A stretch of DNA of 62,821 nucleotides, the filler included, from Nemertoderma westbladi (taxonomy: Eukaryota; Animalia; Xenacoelomorpha), in the NCBI GenBank assembly GCA_032718475.1. It is 3 parts of 3 records of this genome, joined end to end, with 100 filler letters (N's around TTAATTAATTAA, not from the genome) between each part and the next. Parts side by side here need not be neighbours in the genome. Positions count along the whole stretch, not along the records: positions 48,863 to 62,821 come from JAUCBJ010006069.1; 2 more parts are not named here. One strand, given 5' to 3'. Position 1 is the first letter of the stretch. Each line of letters begins with the position of its first letter. Shown one piece after another: positions 50,846-62,821 of this stretch. The notes under the pieces are model-generated. The model had not been told where the DNA came from and did no database searches. It saw only the letters and a list, made by a program, of their open reading frames with translations. The position numbers and the translations under genes are program-made.

Positions 50846-51132
50846 CCCATGTGAAGAAAACCAGACTTTCTGCCGTTATATTTAACTTACCCTCATGTTA
50901 CCCCCCTGTGAAGAATACCAGGTTTTTATCAAAAACACAGTTTACAGAAGGGCTGAATCTAACCAAAACAATATACGAATTCGTATATGCACAGGTTATA
51001 AGACAGAACTAAGCGCTATAAAACACTTAATAAAGCTAAATTAAAAAAATAAAAAATCTTCATATATAAAATTCCAATAAAAAGTCGTGAAAGTCGTGAA
51101 AAGAAGTGAAATCCTGGTATTCTTCACATGGG
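50846..51132. mobile_element. Small MITE-like element
   Basis: CCCATGTGAAGAA(A/T)ACCAG inverted at both ends, with an internal third copy near 50903. No TSD seen. Confidence 0.6.
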
Positions 51133-51482
51133 CGCAGTTTGTCATTGCCTGTAGGGCCTATCTATACTTTGGTTTAAAATTGACTATAATAGCTCCTTAA
51201 ACTGCCAATAACAATTATGGCACAATTCTAAGATTATATTAATTTCGCCACAGGATACAAATCTGTGCAGGATATGTTACAGTATGTAAAGCATGGTTGC
51301 GTAAATTATTAGGCTGGATGTTGTATTCTAAACAAGGCTTTATTAATCGAGTATTGCCTGTTTAGAGATTTCACTGCAGCTTTAACAGCTTTTGTTGCAA
51401 ATTTCGTTTTTTCTGCGTCGGCTACGATACTCTCTTTGGTCTTTGTGCAATGCCTCTTGCTGTTCTAGAATGTGTTGGTCTG

Positions 51483-51608
51483 CCCAGGGGATCTTCTTAG
51501 GATGCTTTCCAGGAGGCCCAGGGTATCTTCAGAGGATGCTTTAGGAGGCCCAAGGGATCTTCTTAGGATGCTTTAGGAGGCCCAGGGGATCTTCATAGGA
51601 TGCTTTCC
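51483..51608. repeat. ~28-30-bp tandem repeat, 4 copies
   Basis: CCCAGGGGATCTTCTTAGGATGCTTTAGGAGG variants. Confidence 0.9.
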
Positions 51609-53791
51609 ATGAGAAGACTGGCGCATGTAAGACTTCCCTTTTAAGTCGGGATTCTTTACTGGCCCCAGATCGCAGGACCTCCGATTTAGTTATACCTTTT
51701 ATTGTTGTTAGAAAGGGTGAGCTTTGATACCGAGTGTGCTCTCAGTCTAAGTCTAGGTTCCAGACAAGGACAACTCTAGTAAAGGACTGGCACAGCCAAT
51801 TATAGGACCCCGATAGCTGGGTCCATTCAGTTCTCGTACTAAAAGAGCTTTATATTGAAAACAAAGTAATCCACTATTACGTTTTAGGGGTCGTCGATAA
51901 ATCAATTTCTGATATTTTCAAGGCCCTGTCTATTCGTTTTTGTTGCTATGGCAATGGGGTGATTTATATTGTCATTGGTTTTCCCATGTAAATTGTGGCT
52001 CTGAATAGGGGAAAACCACCCATTAGGTTTTCGGGGTCGAAGATTCGCATGGGAAGGTTTTTGTCAAGCCAATACTTTGTTGCAGTAGACTACATGGCGG
52101 TCGCCTTTTCTAACCAAAACAACCGGGATAGCCAGACAGTCCTGTAGTATCGGGACAGGGGGTGGGGACTATTGATTGGCGCATCTCCCATCTGCTGTGC
52201 GAATTAACAAAGTAAATTTATATAGGCCTATTAAGGGAAAGAAATATAACCATGCAAGCGTTTTAATGCTATCAAAAGAACTAGAACAAGAATATTAAAG
52301 TGAGTAAGTTAATTAATAAATATAGCATTATGAAAAACATTTAAATTAAAGCAATACAAATATAATGCACACAGTTACTGATACATACAGCTTTTTCGTA
52401 GAACTTATTAGGTCGAGTATGTTTACATTAACAGTTACTTTTCTTTCCTAACACTTGCATCAATTTTGTGGCTTTAAGTTTATCGTTAGCAATCCCCTTT
52501 CATTGTTCACACGAACGGTTTTCTGCATGATTTAATAACATGTTAGCTAGAACCCGACATGCCCCAAGACAAGGCAATGCATTGGCGAGGTTTCGTAATG
52601 AACAGCAATCATGTGAACTACCATACTCAGTTGTTTGAAACATTCAACAGTCTTATAAACTAATCAATACTCTTGAAACAGTCTTATAAACCAAGTTGTG
52701 TGATGGTATTTGGAGACCACCATGAGACACTGCATTAATAAAGACATTGCCTTCTTCACTTCAACCCAATTCCCAGAGTTATCCTCCCCGGATCCAACTC
52801 AGGAACAACTTTCAGAAGATGCCCAGCGACAAAGGCAGTAGCTTGTAATTCTTCTGAGCTAATCTTAACATCCACAAGACTTTTAACAGAAGAATGAATT
52901 TCCGGTGTCAATGGGTGCTGACAGAAAGAGCATATCACAGGGTGGTGCCATTCTAGAATGTCATCAGGCAGTTCCCCTAACTTCAAAAAAGCTAATAGAC
53001 CTCATCACTAAACACCAGATTCAATATCTTTGACTGTCATGGCCTTGTTCGAACCACACATTCCTCTATAGCATCCCAATTCCCCCTCTATACAATCCTG
53101 TTGTTACCCCCAACAATTACCAGCCAATATTTCCAACCCCAATATTTCCCCCAACAGAAGATAAGAGAATCCATCATCGAGGAAATGGCCAGATAAAGCA
53201 ACCAGGCCATGTGTAGTTTGATACAGAGCTTGTCATGTATCAGTGGTTAAAGATCGAATACAATATTTCCCAATACCAGGATTCAACGTCTGAAACTATT
53301 CGCCATATTGGTTAGTGTTGTTAAAACTGAGCTATCAGCAGTTGTCACTGCTTCTTGGAATGGCTGACAAAACCGTCTGGATTCTCCTATGGATTGGACA
53401 TTAACAATATCCCACCAATTCAAGTGGTATTCAATCTCTCCAGCTCTCTCTGTACATCCCCTGATTCGCAATGCCACTACCACTTTGCAATTAAAGACTC
53501 GAAGCATCAAGTCAACCTTCTGCCGGTCAAGACTGGAATGCTGAATAGCTGATTTGGTCAGGTTAGTTAAGTGAAGAACTGTATCACAACCAGCATAGAA
53601 CAATTCAATTATATCCTTCCAAGCTCCTAGAAAACCATTAACCCCGAGCAGTTGATGTTTCTCTGTAAACCAATTGTTACGAATGCATTTTAGGATATGC
53701 ACTGTATCAAATAATAAAAACAGTTGGGCCTTATCTTGCCACCATTGTAATGCATGCATTTGATTGACTCCATAATTTGCTTGAACATAAA

Positions 53792-54352
53792 TGTGAGCGT
53801 ATTCAATTCCGCCACATCTAAGCCCCATAAAGTGAGGTTTAAGCAATATTGGGAACACGAGGTTGATTACCAATATCAACCTCGTGTCACCCAACAAAGT
53901 GGGAAGGAGAAACATACGCACAATAGGGGTCAGGGGTTACACCCCTGAAAGAGAGAGAATAGCAGGGGCAAAGGGAAGCACTTCAGGGGAGGCAAAGGGC
54001 GACAACAGGGTTATTAGCCAATAGGGGGAAGGCACCGGCTGAGTAGTGATTATGCGGCCAACCGTGCAATATATACTACCAGTTGTGTATCATTCATTCA
54101 GTTATCTCAGTGCAGTCACAGCAGTACGGTGACAATTAAGACCGTCGCCGCCGTCACCCATATTACCGGTCTATTAACGTGTATTACCGCTATCTGCTAT
54201 TGTACCTACATCTGTACATTGTACCACATATATATCTTATATCATTAACAACAACACTAGAACAACACAAACTCTTTTCCAACCACACGGTGCGGCCTGA
54301 CGCGTACATAAACGACACCGGATAAACCGGGATCCTCTCGGATCCCGTCACA
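53792..54352 (+). repeat. 5' LTR
   Basis: TGTGAGCGTATTC...GATCCCGTCACA; about 7 substitutions versus the 3' LTR by eye. Confidence 0.97.
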
Positions 54353-54385
54353 GTCTTAATTCTAGGCCTGCCAAGACTGCCAAAG

Positions 54386-57300
54386 ATGAGCCAAGGGAGA
54401 GAGACGACACTGCCGCGGACCCCGGACGACGATCTAACGATCCGCGAGGCCGCGACTAGACAGTACCGGCCCCCAACACCGGAGCCATCCACAATGGGCG
54501 ATCCGGCAATTCAGGATGAGGGGGGCCGTCTGGAACCAGAAGACGAGTCGAGAGAAAGGAGAGACGAGTCGGGAGAAGAGAAAGACGAGTTGACGCGGAG
54601 CGAGCGTCGACGTACCGATGTCGCCGGCCAGCCACAGGCCGAGGGCGACGGACGGCCCACCGGAACGGCGACGGTGGGGCCGACGGTACGACGCCGGACC
54701 CGGAGAGATGGAGGAGAGGTCGGCGACGAGGACGTCGGGGTCAGCGATCGACTTCGACGGGCCTACAACGCGACCCGGAAACTACGTAAAGAGACCAAGG
54801 AAGGGGCCGAGATAGACCAGGTGAAGTTAAGGAGAAGACTAGGTGAGTCGAACGAACATTTTAGCTATCTAATGCGCTTTGGGCAGAGAGAACTAGCCAA
54901 GGAGAGAGCGAGAGGGGTTGCCAGCGAACTGCTTGAACTATGGGAATGTAGGGGTATGGTGCCTAGTGTAGTGTACATAGGGCCATACTCAGTCGATGCC
55001 CGGGGAGTAAAATTAGTGGGTTGGAGGAGACCGCAGGAGGGCGAATCCGAGGTTAGCCCCGAGGATTCGGTCTCGTCGGTCGGAGGAAGTTCCGGGAGGC
55101 GGGGGAAAGTTGGTAGGACGGGGGGGCGACGGGAGTCCGTCGCAACCGATAAGTCTGCTACATCCTCCGAAAAAGAAAGAAGGGTGCGGGAGATAAATCT
55201 GACGTATAAATTAGAAATGGTGGCGACATGAGCAGAATGAGTTAGAGAGGCAACTGAGTGAGGAAACCGCATTGTTGGAGAGAGAGGAGAGTGGCGAGGG
55301 AGTTAGAGAGAGAGCCGAGGAGTATAGAGAGAGAGCCGAGGAGTGTAGAAGAGAGCCAGGAGTGTAGAGAGCGGGAGATGAGCGAGCCGGCGAGGCGGTT
55401 GAGATGGTTGCGAGAGGGCAGAGTTGGCCGAGCAGAATATGCGAGAGAGAGAGATAGAGGGTAAGCGCAGTGCGGGATGATTTGCATGCCCAGCTAGGGA
55501 GGCTTACACAATATCAAGCCAAACTGAATCAGCGCCGACTAGAACTGGCGCGGTTGGAACTATCAGAGAGTGAGACCCCACTTACAAGCACCGAGCGAGA
55601 GAACCAGAACTGGTGTAGCCGTACGGGCGGGGGGGGGGGGGGGGGGTAATAATAGTACGTTAGAAGATAAGTAGTTAATATTAATAGTACCGTAGTAAAT
55701 AACCCTAATCCCTTTATTACAGGAAATATTTTACCCAGTAATTTAAATTTAAATTCAAATAATAATATTAGTTCAAATATTCAGAATAATTCTAATAATT
55801 CTAACTTAAATAATTTAAATAATAATCCCGTTTCAAATTCTAATAACTTAATTGATTTAACAAATAATATTGGGAATGGTGCTATTAATATGAACGTGTC
55901 GGACGTGCATAACCCGGCAGACGGCGGCCTGGTAGGCCACGTAGTTAGTGGCAGGAGTGGCGGGGTTGAGCCAACCCGACGGCGGCCTGGCAGGCCACGT
56001 AGTTGGTAGGCGGAGGTAGCGGGGTTGAGCCAACCCGAGGTGGGCCTGGTAGGCCACGCAGTAGTAGAGAGAGAGGCGGGGGTGAATAGACCCAGCCGTA
56101 GTAGAGACAGTGCGTCGACTAGAGAGGGGTGTAGAAGTGAAGTGAGAGATAGTGGAGTTAGATGTGGCGAGTGGGGGGGGGGGGGGGCTACGGGCGCCCC
56201 ACCACAGAAAATTAGTGGCGAGAGAGGGGGGGCAGAGAATGCCCACAAGAGGGTGTAGAGAGTGAGGAGGAGTGAAGGGCGGGGGGGGGGGGGGGCTACG
56301 GAGCCCCCACACGAGAATTAGTAGCTGAGAGGGGGGGGGGGGGGCAGAGAGTGTCCCACAGGCGTCGGCGGATAATGCGCGGGCCGAGCTAGGTAAACCG
56401 CAACACCCGGCGATGGAGAGTAATAGGGGGATTGCGAGTATCCCCAGCGGCGTGCGATCGAGCAGAGAGAGGCAGGTTGACGTCGCGAGAGGGCAGACGA
56501 AGCGTCGAGCCCGATCAGAAGAGGGAAGAAGAACAGTGGAGTTTAACCGGGAGGTCGACGAGAGATCTCACGAGCGGGAATACTGCACTGAAAAGAGAAG
56601 AAGAGAAGATAGTAGAAAAAGTGTCGCCACGAACGATAAGGAGTGCGAGGACGGATAGCGGACCGTCGATAGTAGAGATGGAGTTAGGGAGTCAGTGGGG
56701 TCGAACTTCGGGAGATTGCCGTCGCCCCGGAGAAACGCACCGCACGCCAAGAGAGGGGTACAGGACGTACCGATACAAAGTCGAGAACAGGAGAGGGGAT
56801 CGAAGAGAAGCTTCCCGACGGGATATAGCTGCCGATCGAGAGTGCGGTAGTCGCGGGGAGATTCGAGATTCGCGAAGATTAAACTTCGGTTCGAAAGGGC
56901 ACATGCAGACTGCAGGACATACTGTAGGCCTTACTGCACATACTATTATAGGCCATGCTGGGAGAGATAGAATAGGCGATAGGGTAGCGCGAACGACGGG
57001 ATTAAACCCGGAAGCCGCGGAGTACATACCGGTAGGTAGGCAAGAAGTGGGTAGGCCTATATCGGTACGGCAGCATGACTATAATACACAGGGACATAAC
57101 ATATATCCAGGGGAGGGGAGAGTTATTGCAGATAGATGTATGGGCCCCAATATATTAACATCAACCCCAGTACCAAACATACCGGTGGGGGGGGGGGGGG
57201 GGGGGGGGGCAGGGTGACATTCCCCCATCACAATATCAACAATATACCCCAATAGGAGCAAGAACATCGAACCCCTTGGACGAGAACAGGTCGTGCGGAC

Positions 57301-58326
57301 AGTCGCTACCACACGCGGCCATACAGGGGACTGCTAGTCCACAGTTAGCTGGTAGCAGGGCCACACCGTGGCAGGGACAGAAAGAAAATAACACCACAAA
57401 TAAACACAATCCCAATATACCCAGTAGGCCGAGTACTAGACAACCAAAACACTAAATCGGTACATATAAACCTACGCGCGATACGTGAGGGACTATACAG
57501 GAAACGCTATAATACAGGATTCGAATGTCAATTACATCGGGACGGAACCCATAAGACCATGAGTTGTAAGCACTGGCAAGCGTTGCCCAAACAAGATCGT
57601 ATAGCCTACGCAGACGCAAACGGACTATGTCATCGATGTGTGGTAGAAGGACACAGACCCGGAGAGTGTAGAGAAACAGCAGCTACAAGCACGACAGTGG
57701 CAAGAAAGAAGAGAAAAGTACTACCCGAGGAAGTAACAGTCAGAGAATGGGCGGAGGAGAATGGGTATCCCAGCAAGTATCGGTATGGAGATAGAGAGGA
57801 GCGGACGGCGAAATGTCCGGAGGACAAACCGGAGGAGTGTCCGGTGGAGTGTCAGGAGGACAATAGTCCAGAGGAGTGTCCGGAAGAAATGCCGGTCCGG
57901 TTGAGAGGCATACCGATAAAGGGGAGGCCGAGTAAGAAGACAAGAAGGAAAGGGAGAGGATGTGAGAGGATTAGACCAGGGGCAGAGAGGTCCGTGGGTG
58001 GACATAATAAAGGACCCAGGAAAGTAGGAGGCGGGTTGCATACGCATGCGGGACCGACAGAGTGCGAAGGGGCATTACATGGGCAGACGTCGTGCATACC
58101 GAAGGACGAACGGGGGTCGTCGAGGCCTCTAATGCCAGCGCACATACTAAGGGGGAGGCCAGCAGAGGTAGTGTCTAAGAAAGTGTGGCGAAGAGTAAGA
58201 GGACATATAGGAGGGCAGTGGGAGAGTGCCTACTGGAAGAAGGGGCACCTTAGAGTTTTAGTCGTCCAATGTTTTGGACTGAGGGGGGTGGGAATGAGGG
58301 CGAGACGCCCTTCCCACGCAAAATAA
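54386..58326 (+). pseudogene. Fragmented BEL/Pao gag joined to an integrase C-terminal tail
   Basis: ORFs 54386-55231, 56432-57217 and 57559-58326. The last has zinc knuckles followed by PLMPAHILRGRP and KVWRRVR...W...W, like the post-integrase DUF5641 region. Confidence 0.7.
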
Positions 58327-58329
58327 TTA

Positions 58330-60050
58330 TTTAATTAAAAATAAAATAAATAATAAAATAATTAAATAATAAATAAGTAGAAAGTCAGAAAGTAAGTAGA
58401 TAGCTAGTTAAGTTAGAAGAGTTAGAGGGTACGTAGTACCGTTAGTTAAGGGCGGGGTAGCTCAGTTGGTTGAGCGCCGGGCCTGCAATCTATTGGTTGT
58501 AGGTTCAGCCCCGCCAGGGTCCACTCAGCCTTTCATCCACTGGGGTCGATAAAATGAGTACCAGTTAAATAACTGGGAGCAAATCTTGGGATAGGAGTAG
58601 CGCCCACCCCTACCCTCGGGTAGCAGCTATCGAAAGAGGAGCCTTCGGCTCGCCTCCGGCTTCGGCCGACTGTTTGCTTTTTTTGCTTAGTACCGTTAGT
58701 AGAGAGAGTTAGAGAAGTTAGTACGAGGGTACATAGTACCGTTAGTAGAGGGAGTTAGAGAAGCAGTAAGAGGGTACGTAGTACCGTTAGTAGAGAGAGT
58801 TAGAGAAGTTAGTAAGAGGGTACGTAGTACCGTTAGTTAGTAGAGTTAGATAGAGATATAGTTAGTAAGAGGGTACGTAGTACCGTTAGTTAGAAAGTTA
58901 GTAGTAGTAGAGGGTTGTGGGCACCGTAAGCGCCACGTAGAAAGTAGTAGCAGTAGAGGTTGTGGGCACCGTAAGCACCACGTAGAAAGTAGTAGCAGTA
59001 GAGGTTGTGGGCACCGTAAGCGCCACGTAGGAAGTAGTAAGCAGAGTGGTTGTGGGCACCGCAAGCGCCACGTAGTTAGAATTCGTAGGGGATGCGTTGA
59101 ATTAAGTGGGGCACGGGCGTGATGACGTGTTTGATGTAAGAGCAGGGTATGTTAATTAGGGTGGGTGCCGGGCACAAGAGGTGCCGGGCACAAGAAGTTA
59201 GTAGTAGAGTTAGTAAGAGTTAGTAGTAGTGTTAGTTGAGTTAGTAGAGAGTTAGTAGAGTTAGTAGAGAGTTAGTAGAGTTAGTAAGAGTTAGTAGTAG
59301 TTCACATAATTAACGTACCCACTCTGCCGGCATTCAGAATGTCACATGCAGGCGAGGAGACGTAAAGGGGGCAGATAGAGTAGAATAGTAAAGACGGGCA
59401 CATAGGGTGCCAGGTAGTAGAGTTAGAGAGTTAGAGGTAGTAGAGTAGTAGAGACGGGCACATAGGGTGCCAGGTAGTAGAGTTAGAGAGTTAGAGGTGG
59501 TAGAGTAGTAGAGAGGGCACATAGGGTGCCAGGTAGTAGAGTAGTAGAGATGGGCACATAGGGTGCCAGATAGCAGAGTGGTTGTGGGCACCGCAAGCGC
59601 CACGTAGTTAGAAGAGTGGGTAGAGTTAGAGAGTTCTAGTTAAAGGGCTAGAGAGTTGGTAGACCTAGCGGGTTTTAGTTAGAGTTAGTAGTAGAAGGGT
59701 CGTGGGCACCCTAAGCGCCACGTAGTTAGAAGAGTTGGTAAGAGTTAGAGGGAGTTAGTAGAAGTAGAGAGTTAGTAGGAGTTAGTTAGACTTAGTAGAG
59801 CTAGTTAGAGTCGGAGAGTTAGTAGATAGTAAGAGAGTTAGATAGTTATCAAGTAAGTAGTAGGTAGATAGTATGATAGCACAGGGGTAGCATTAGAGGT
59901 TAGAGCCTTAGGGAGTGGTAGAGAGTAGAGAGGAGTATGGAGAGAAGTTAGAGTGCGATTCAGGTGTGGGGAGAGTGTAAGAGTGGGGAGAGAGTAAGAG
60001 GGGAGTTAGAGCGGAGTTAGTTAGAGTGGCGAGAGTGTTGGGGAAACAAA
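58330..60050 (+). repeat. Purine-rich low-complexity and tandem repeats inside the LTR element
   Basis: AGTTAGTAGAG, GGGTACGTAGTACCGTTAGT, GTTGTGGGCACCGTAAGCGCCACGTAG and GGGCACATAGGGTGCCAGG arrays. Confidence 0.9.
58450..58687 (+). mobile_element. tRNA-derived SINE with conserved central domain
   Basis: A-box GTAGCTCAGTTGG, B-box-like GGTTCAGCCCC, core CACTCAGCCTTTCATCC...GGTCGATAAAATGAGTACCAG and a T-rich tail. Flanked by TAGTACCGTTAGT at 58434-58446 and 58688-58700. Confidence 0.88.
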
Positions 60051-60252
60051 AATTGTGTGAGAGAAGCGCACGAGCGGCCCGACACGAGACGCCAGAGGGT
60101 AGTGACATCATACCCATAGGGAGCGGCCTGGAAAGCCGACTCCAAGAAAATAACTCCACCCCACACCCGATAATAGATCGAGTTCCAGCGGAATTGAAGC
60201 GCACTTAGAGGTTGATGCTATCTTCTCACTGGGAAGATAGCATGGGGGGCAG

Positions 60253-60813
60253 TGTGAGCGTATTCAATTCCGCCACATCTAAGCCCCATAAAGTGAGGTT
60301 TAAGCAATATTGGGAACACGAGGTTGATTACCAATATCAACCTCGTGTCACCCAACAAAGTGGGAAGGAGAAACATACGCACAATAGGGGTCAGGGGTTA
60401 CACCCCTGAAAGAGAGAAAATAGCAGGGGCAAAGGGAAGCACTTCAGGGGAGGCAAAGGGCGACAACAGGGTTATTAGCCAATGGGGGGAAGGCACCGGC
60501 TGAGTAGTGATTATGCGGCCAACCGTGCAATATATACTACCAGTTGTGTATCATTCATTCAGTTATCTCAGTGCAGTCACAGCAGTACGGTGACAATTAA
60601 GACCGTCGCCGCCGTCACCCATATTACCGGTCTATTAACATGTATTACCGCTATCTGCTATTGTACCTACATCTGTACATTGCACCACATATATATCTTA
60701 TATCATTAACAACAACACTAGAACAACACAAACTCTTTTCCAACCACACGGCGCGGCATGACGCGTACATAAACGACACCGGATAAACCGGGATCCTCAC
60801 GGATCCCGTCACA
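60253..60813 (+). repeat. 3' LTR
   Basis: Near-identical direct repeat of 53792-54352, preceded by CATGGGGGGCAG. Confidence 0.97.
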
Positions 60814-62058
60814 ATAAATTCAGTTGTTAGAGAATATATAGGAATGGTCTTAACCATAACATATTTCAAAATGCAGGTTCTTCAAAATAGAGCAAAGCAC
60901 AGACATGGCCTCTTCAGTTGGTTCATCTTTCGCATACCAAAAAACACTGTTACCTTGGTAAATCAAACAGGGTATAACCTGTTAGAAGACAACCTGGCTG
61001 TTGATTTTGCAATAGCAGCCTCCACCAGCAAGGAACTCGTTACAGACTGCTTCAAAGTTCTAATTTTTCTGTCAGATGGAAGAATGACAAAAGATCGAAG
61101 CAGTTCATAGGGCAGGTTAGGATAAGCTTGAACTGCAACTAGGAAATCAGTTTGTTGGTACTTCTTGGATTTGTGGAGTTCCCTGGAGATAAATCCCAAC
61201 TGACTTTTTGCGAAGTACTTTTTATCATTTACCTCACCACCTTCTTCCAGTAAACATTCAATAGCATGGTTGACACAATCCGAAGCGGCTTTAAGATACG
61301 AGTCTCAGGAACCAAACTTCATTTCACAACTGCTAACACTTCCTCCAACTGTAACCATCTGTTTAGTTGGTGATTTCATGACACATAATGTAAAATAGAC
61401 AGTGACTGTTTAAGTCTGTTCTTTTTCAACATCTTAATATTTCCAATAAAATTACCCTCATGGAATATAAACAGGGCCACTGATTCTTCTTGTATTTTCT
61501 ACAAGAAAATATTGAACTCTTTATTATGATTCAAGCAGAAACTTCCCAGTCGACCATCAATATCTTCAAAAAAACTTTGAAAATCAGTTACAATGGGCCC
61601 ATCTTCCAAAGCTACCCTGGTACATATGGCCTACCATTATTGGCAAGTGGCTCATATGCGAGGCGTATAACACCTCCCTGTTACAGGTGCAGCTTGCAGT
61701 AGGACGTACCTTCATGTTTGCAGACATGAACTCTATTTTACATTATATCAGAAGTCCTCACTAGATAAATAAAGATTATAGTATCTAGGAAACTTTTCAA
61801 AACAATAATCATAGAAATTGAAAGAAATAGAAATTAGAAGGATATCACAATGGGTGATCATTGATCTATATATTTAGAGTATAAGTGTCAACTATATTTT
61901 TAGTTAATTATAATAATATTATAATATACACTCCAAGGTGGGATAAATTGGAAACTTGAAGGAATGAAATCCACAAAGTAGTATTGTTTGTCGTGTTCAA
62001 AATATTTTAATACAATCAAGTGGAACACTGTAGGTATATTATTCACAAGGTATAGAAG

Positions 62059-62821
62059 ATGTCAGGCGAGGCAGCTTCCATAATCTCGGATTCAACTAAT
62101 AAAAGTCGTTTAAATAATAATGGCCCTCAAAAAGGCTTGAGACTCTATTTGTTAGGGGCCATGTTACTCGTGAATCAAATGATACCAGGTTGGTGTCATA
62201 ATCTATTGGAGTCCTTCTTCCCAATTGTTGTTGAAGAACGAGGTTGGTCAAAAACTCTGATTGGTGCGTTACTTTCAACGTTTTCAATGGTGAGACTGAC
62301 AATATTTATTACTTTCCCTCATTCTATCAACAATTGGGGAACTCGTATCTCTTTGGGTCTATTTGGCATCATTGGGGCAGTTTCTCAGTTAGCATTTGGG
62401 TTTGTAGAATATATAATAATGGATAATGGATAATAATAATGGATTACATATATTCGCATGTTTTTCATTGCGCATCATAGAAGCTGTTGGTCTCAACATC
62501 AGTTTTATGTATTCATTCAGTATATTGATGGAAGTGTGGCCCACACAAAGAACATTATTAGCCAGTTTAGCTATTGTTTGTGACGCTGTAGGATTAATGG
62601 TTGCGCCAGCATTTGGTTCTACAGTTTTTGCTGCTTTTGGTTTTGAATTCCCATTTATAATATCGGGTTCTATGTTTCTCATTATCACCCTTTACAGCTG
62701 GATAGTCACCAGCTTACATTCAAGACAAATGTAAATCTAATGAAGTCAGACCAACCTATCTTGGTGTTCTGAAGAATCCAGCAGTAACTATTATGTTTAT
62801 TTTGCACATATATTGGGATAT
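62059..62821 (+). pseudogene. MFS transporter, SLC18B1-like, intronless over the visible part, two frameshifts, runs off the window
   Basis: Successive TM helices: FFP...EERG.SKTLIG, LAFGF, LRIIEAVG, GLMVAPAFG..VFAAFGFEFPFIISG. Frameshifts at the GGATAAT duplication (~62420) and near 62720. Confidence 0.75.

Larger units (their letters stand above)
53792..60813 (+). mobile_element. BEL/Pao LTR retrotransposon, non-autonomous (no PR/RT/RH/IN core)
   Basis: Two 561-bp TG..CA LTRs, 5-bp TSD ATAAA (53787-53791, 60814-60818), purine tract before the 3' LTR. Gag-like PEDSVSSVG and BEL-type knuckles CQLH..H...C and LCHRC...GH...EC. Confidence 0.92.
52400..61400 (-). pseudogene. P-element/THAP9-type transposase, degenerate, interrupted by the LTR element at 53792-60813
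   Basis: YELLRSFVILPS at ~61100. LFLLFDTVHILKCIRNNW, WKDIIELF, LTKSAI..SSLDRQKVDL..RVF and WWDIVNV at 53283-53790. AFVAGHL at ~52830. Outer boundaries approximate. Confidence 0.85.

Noticed and set aside
53283-53921. 212-aa ORF as a single protein
   Set aside because: Chimeric: the N-terminus reads through the LTR, and only the part below 53791 is transposase.
55628-57209. Long poly-G runs as functional G-quadruplex elements
   Set aside because: Such runs occur throughout the window and their lengths are error-prone; nothing supports a specific function.
58450-58520. tRNA gene
   Set aside because: No proper acceptor stem; it continues into a SINE core and tail.

Overview
AT-rich animal (probably invertebrate) genomic DNA, not prokaryotic. 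Three sequence blocks are joined by artificial 100-bp spacers (44 N + TTAATTAATTAA + 44 N) at 27943-28042 and 48763-48862, so adjacency across them is unproven. The window is dominated by nested transposable elements. LINEs: RTE-like (five pieces of one family or close relatives), two CR1/L2-group elements with long ORFs, and an old L2. LTR: a young pol-less BEL/Pao element inserted in a P/THAP9-type transposase and itself carrying a tRNA-derived SINE. DNA elements: IS3EU-like pieces, an Academ-like element with ~1.26-kb inverted repeats, a piggyBac-type non-autonomous element and several MITEs. Host-like coding sequence is limited to two spliced TSP1 exons, a probable transmembrane exon (all absent from the ORF track) and a frameshifted intronless SLC18B1-like MFS gene. 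The best candidate for an undescribed system is a Crypton-type tyrosine recombinase lying head-to-head with a G2E3-like HECT E3 ligase gene (45300-48700); both are degenerate. All family calls come from motif recognition by eye, with no database searches.
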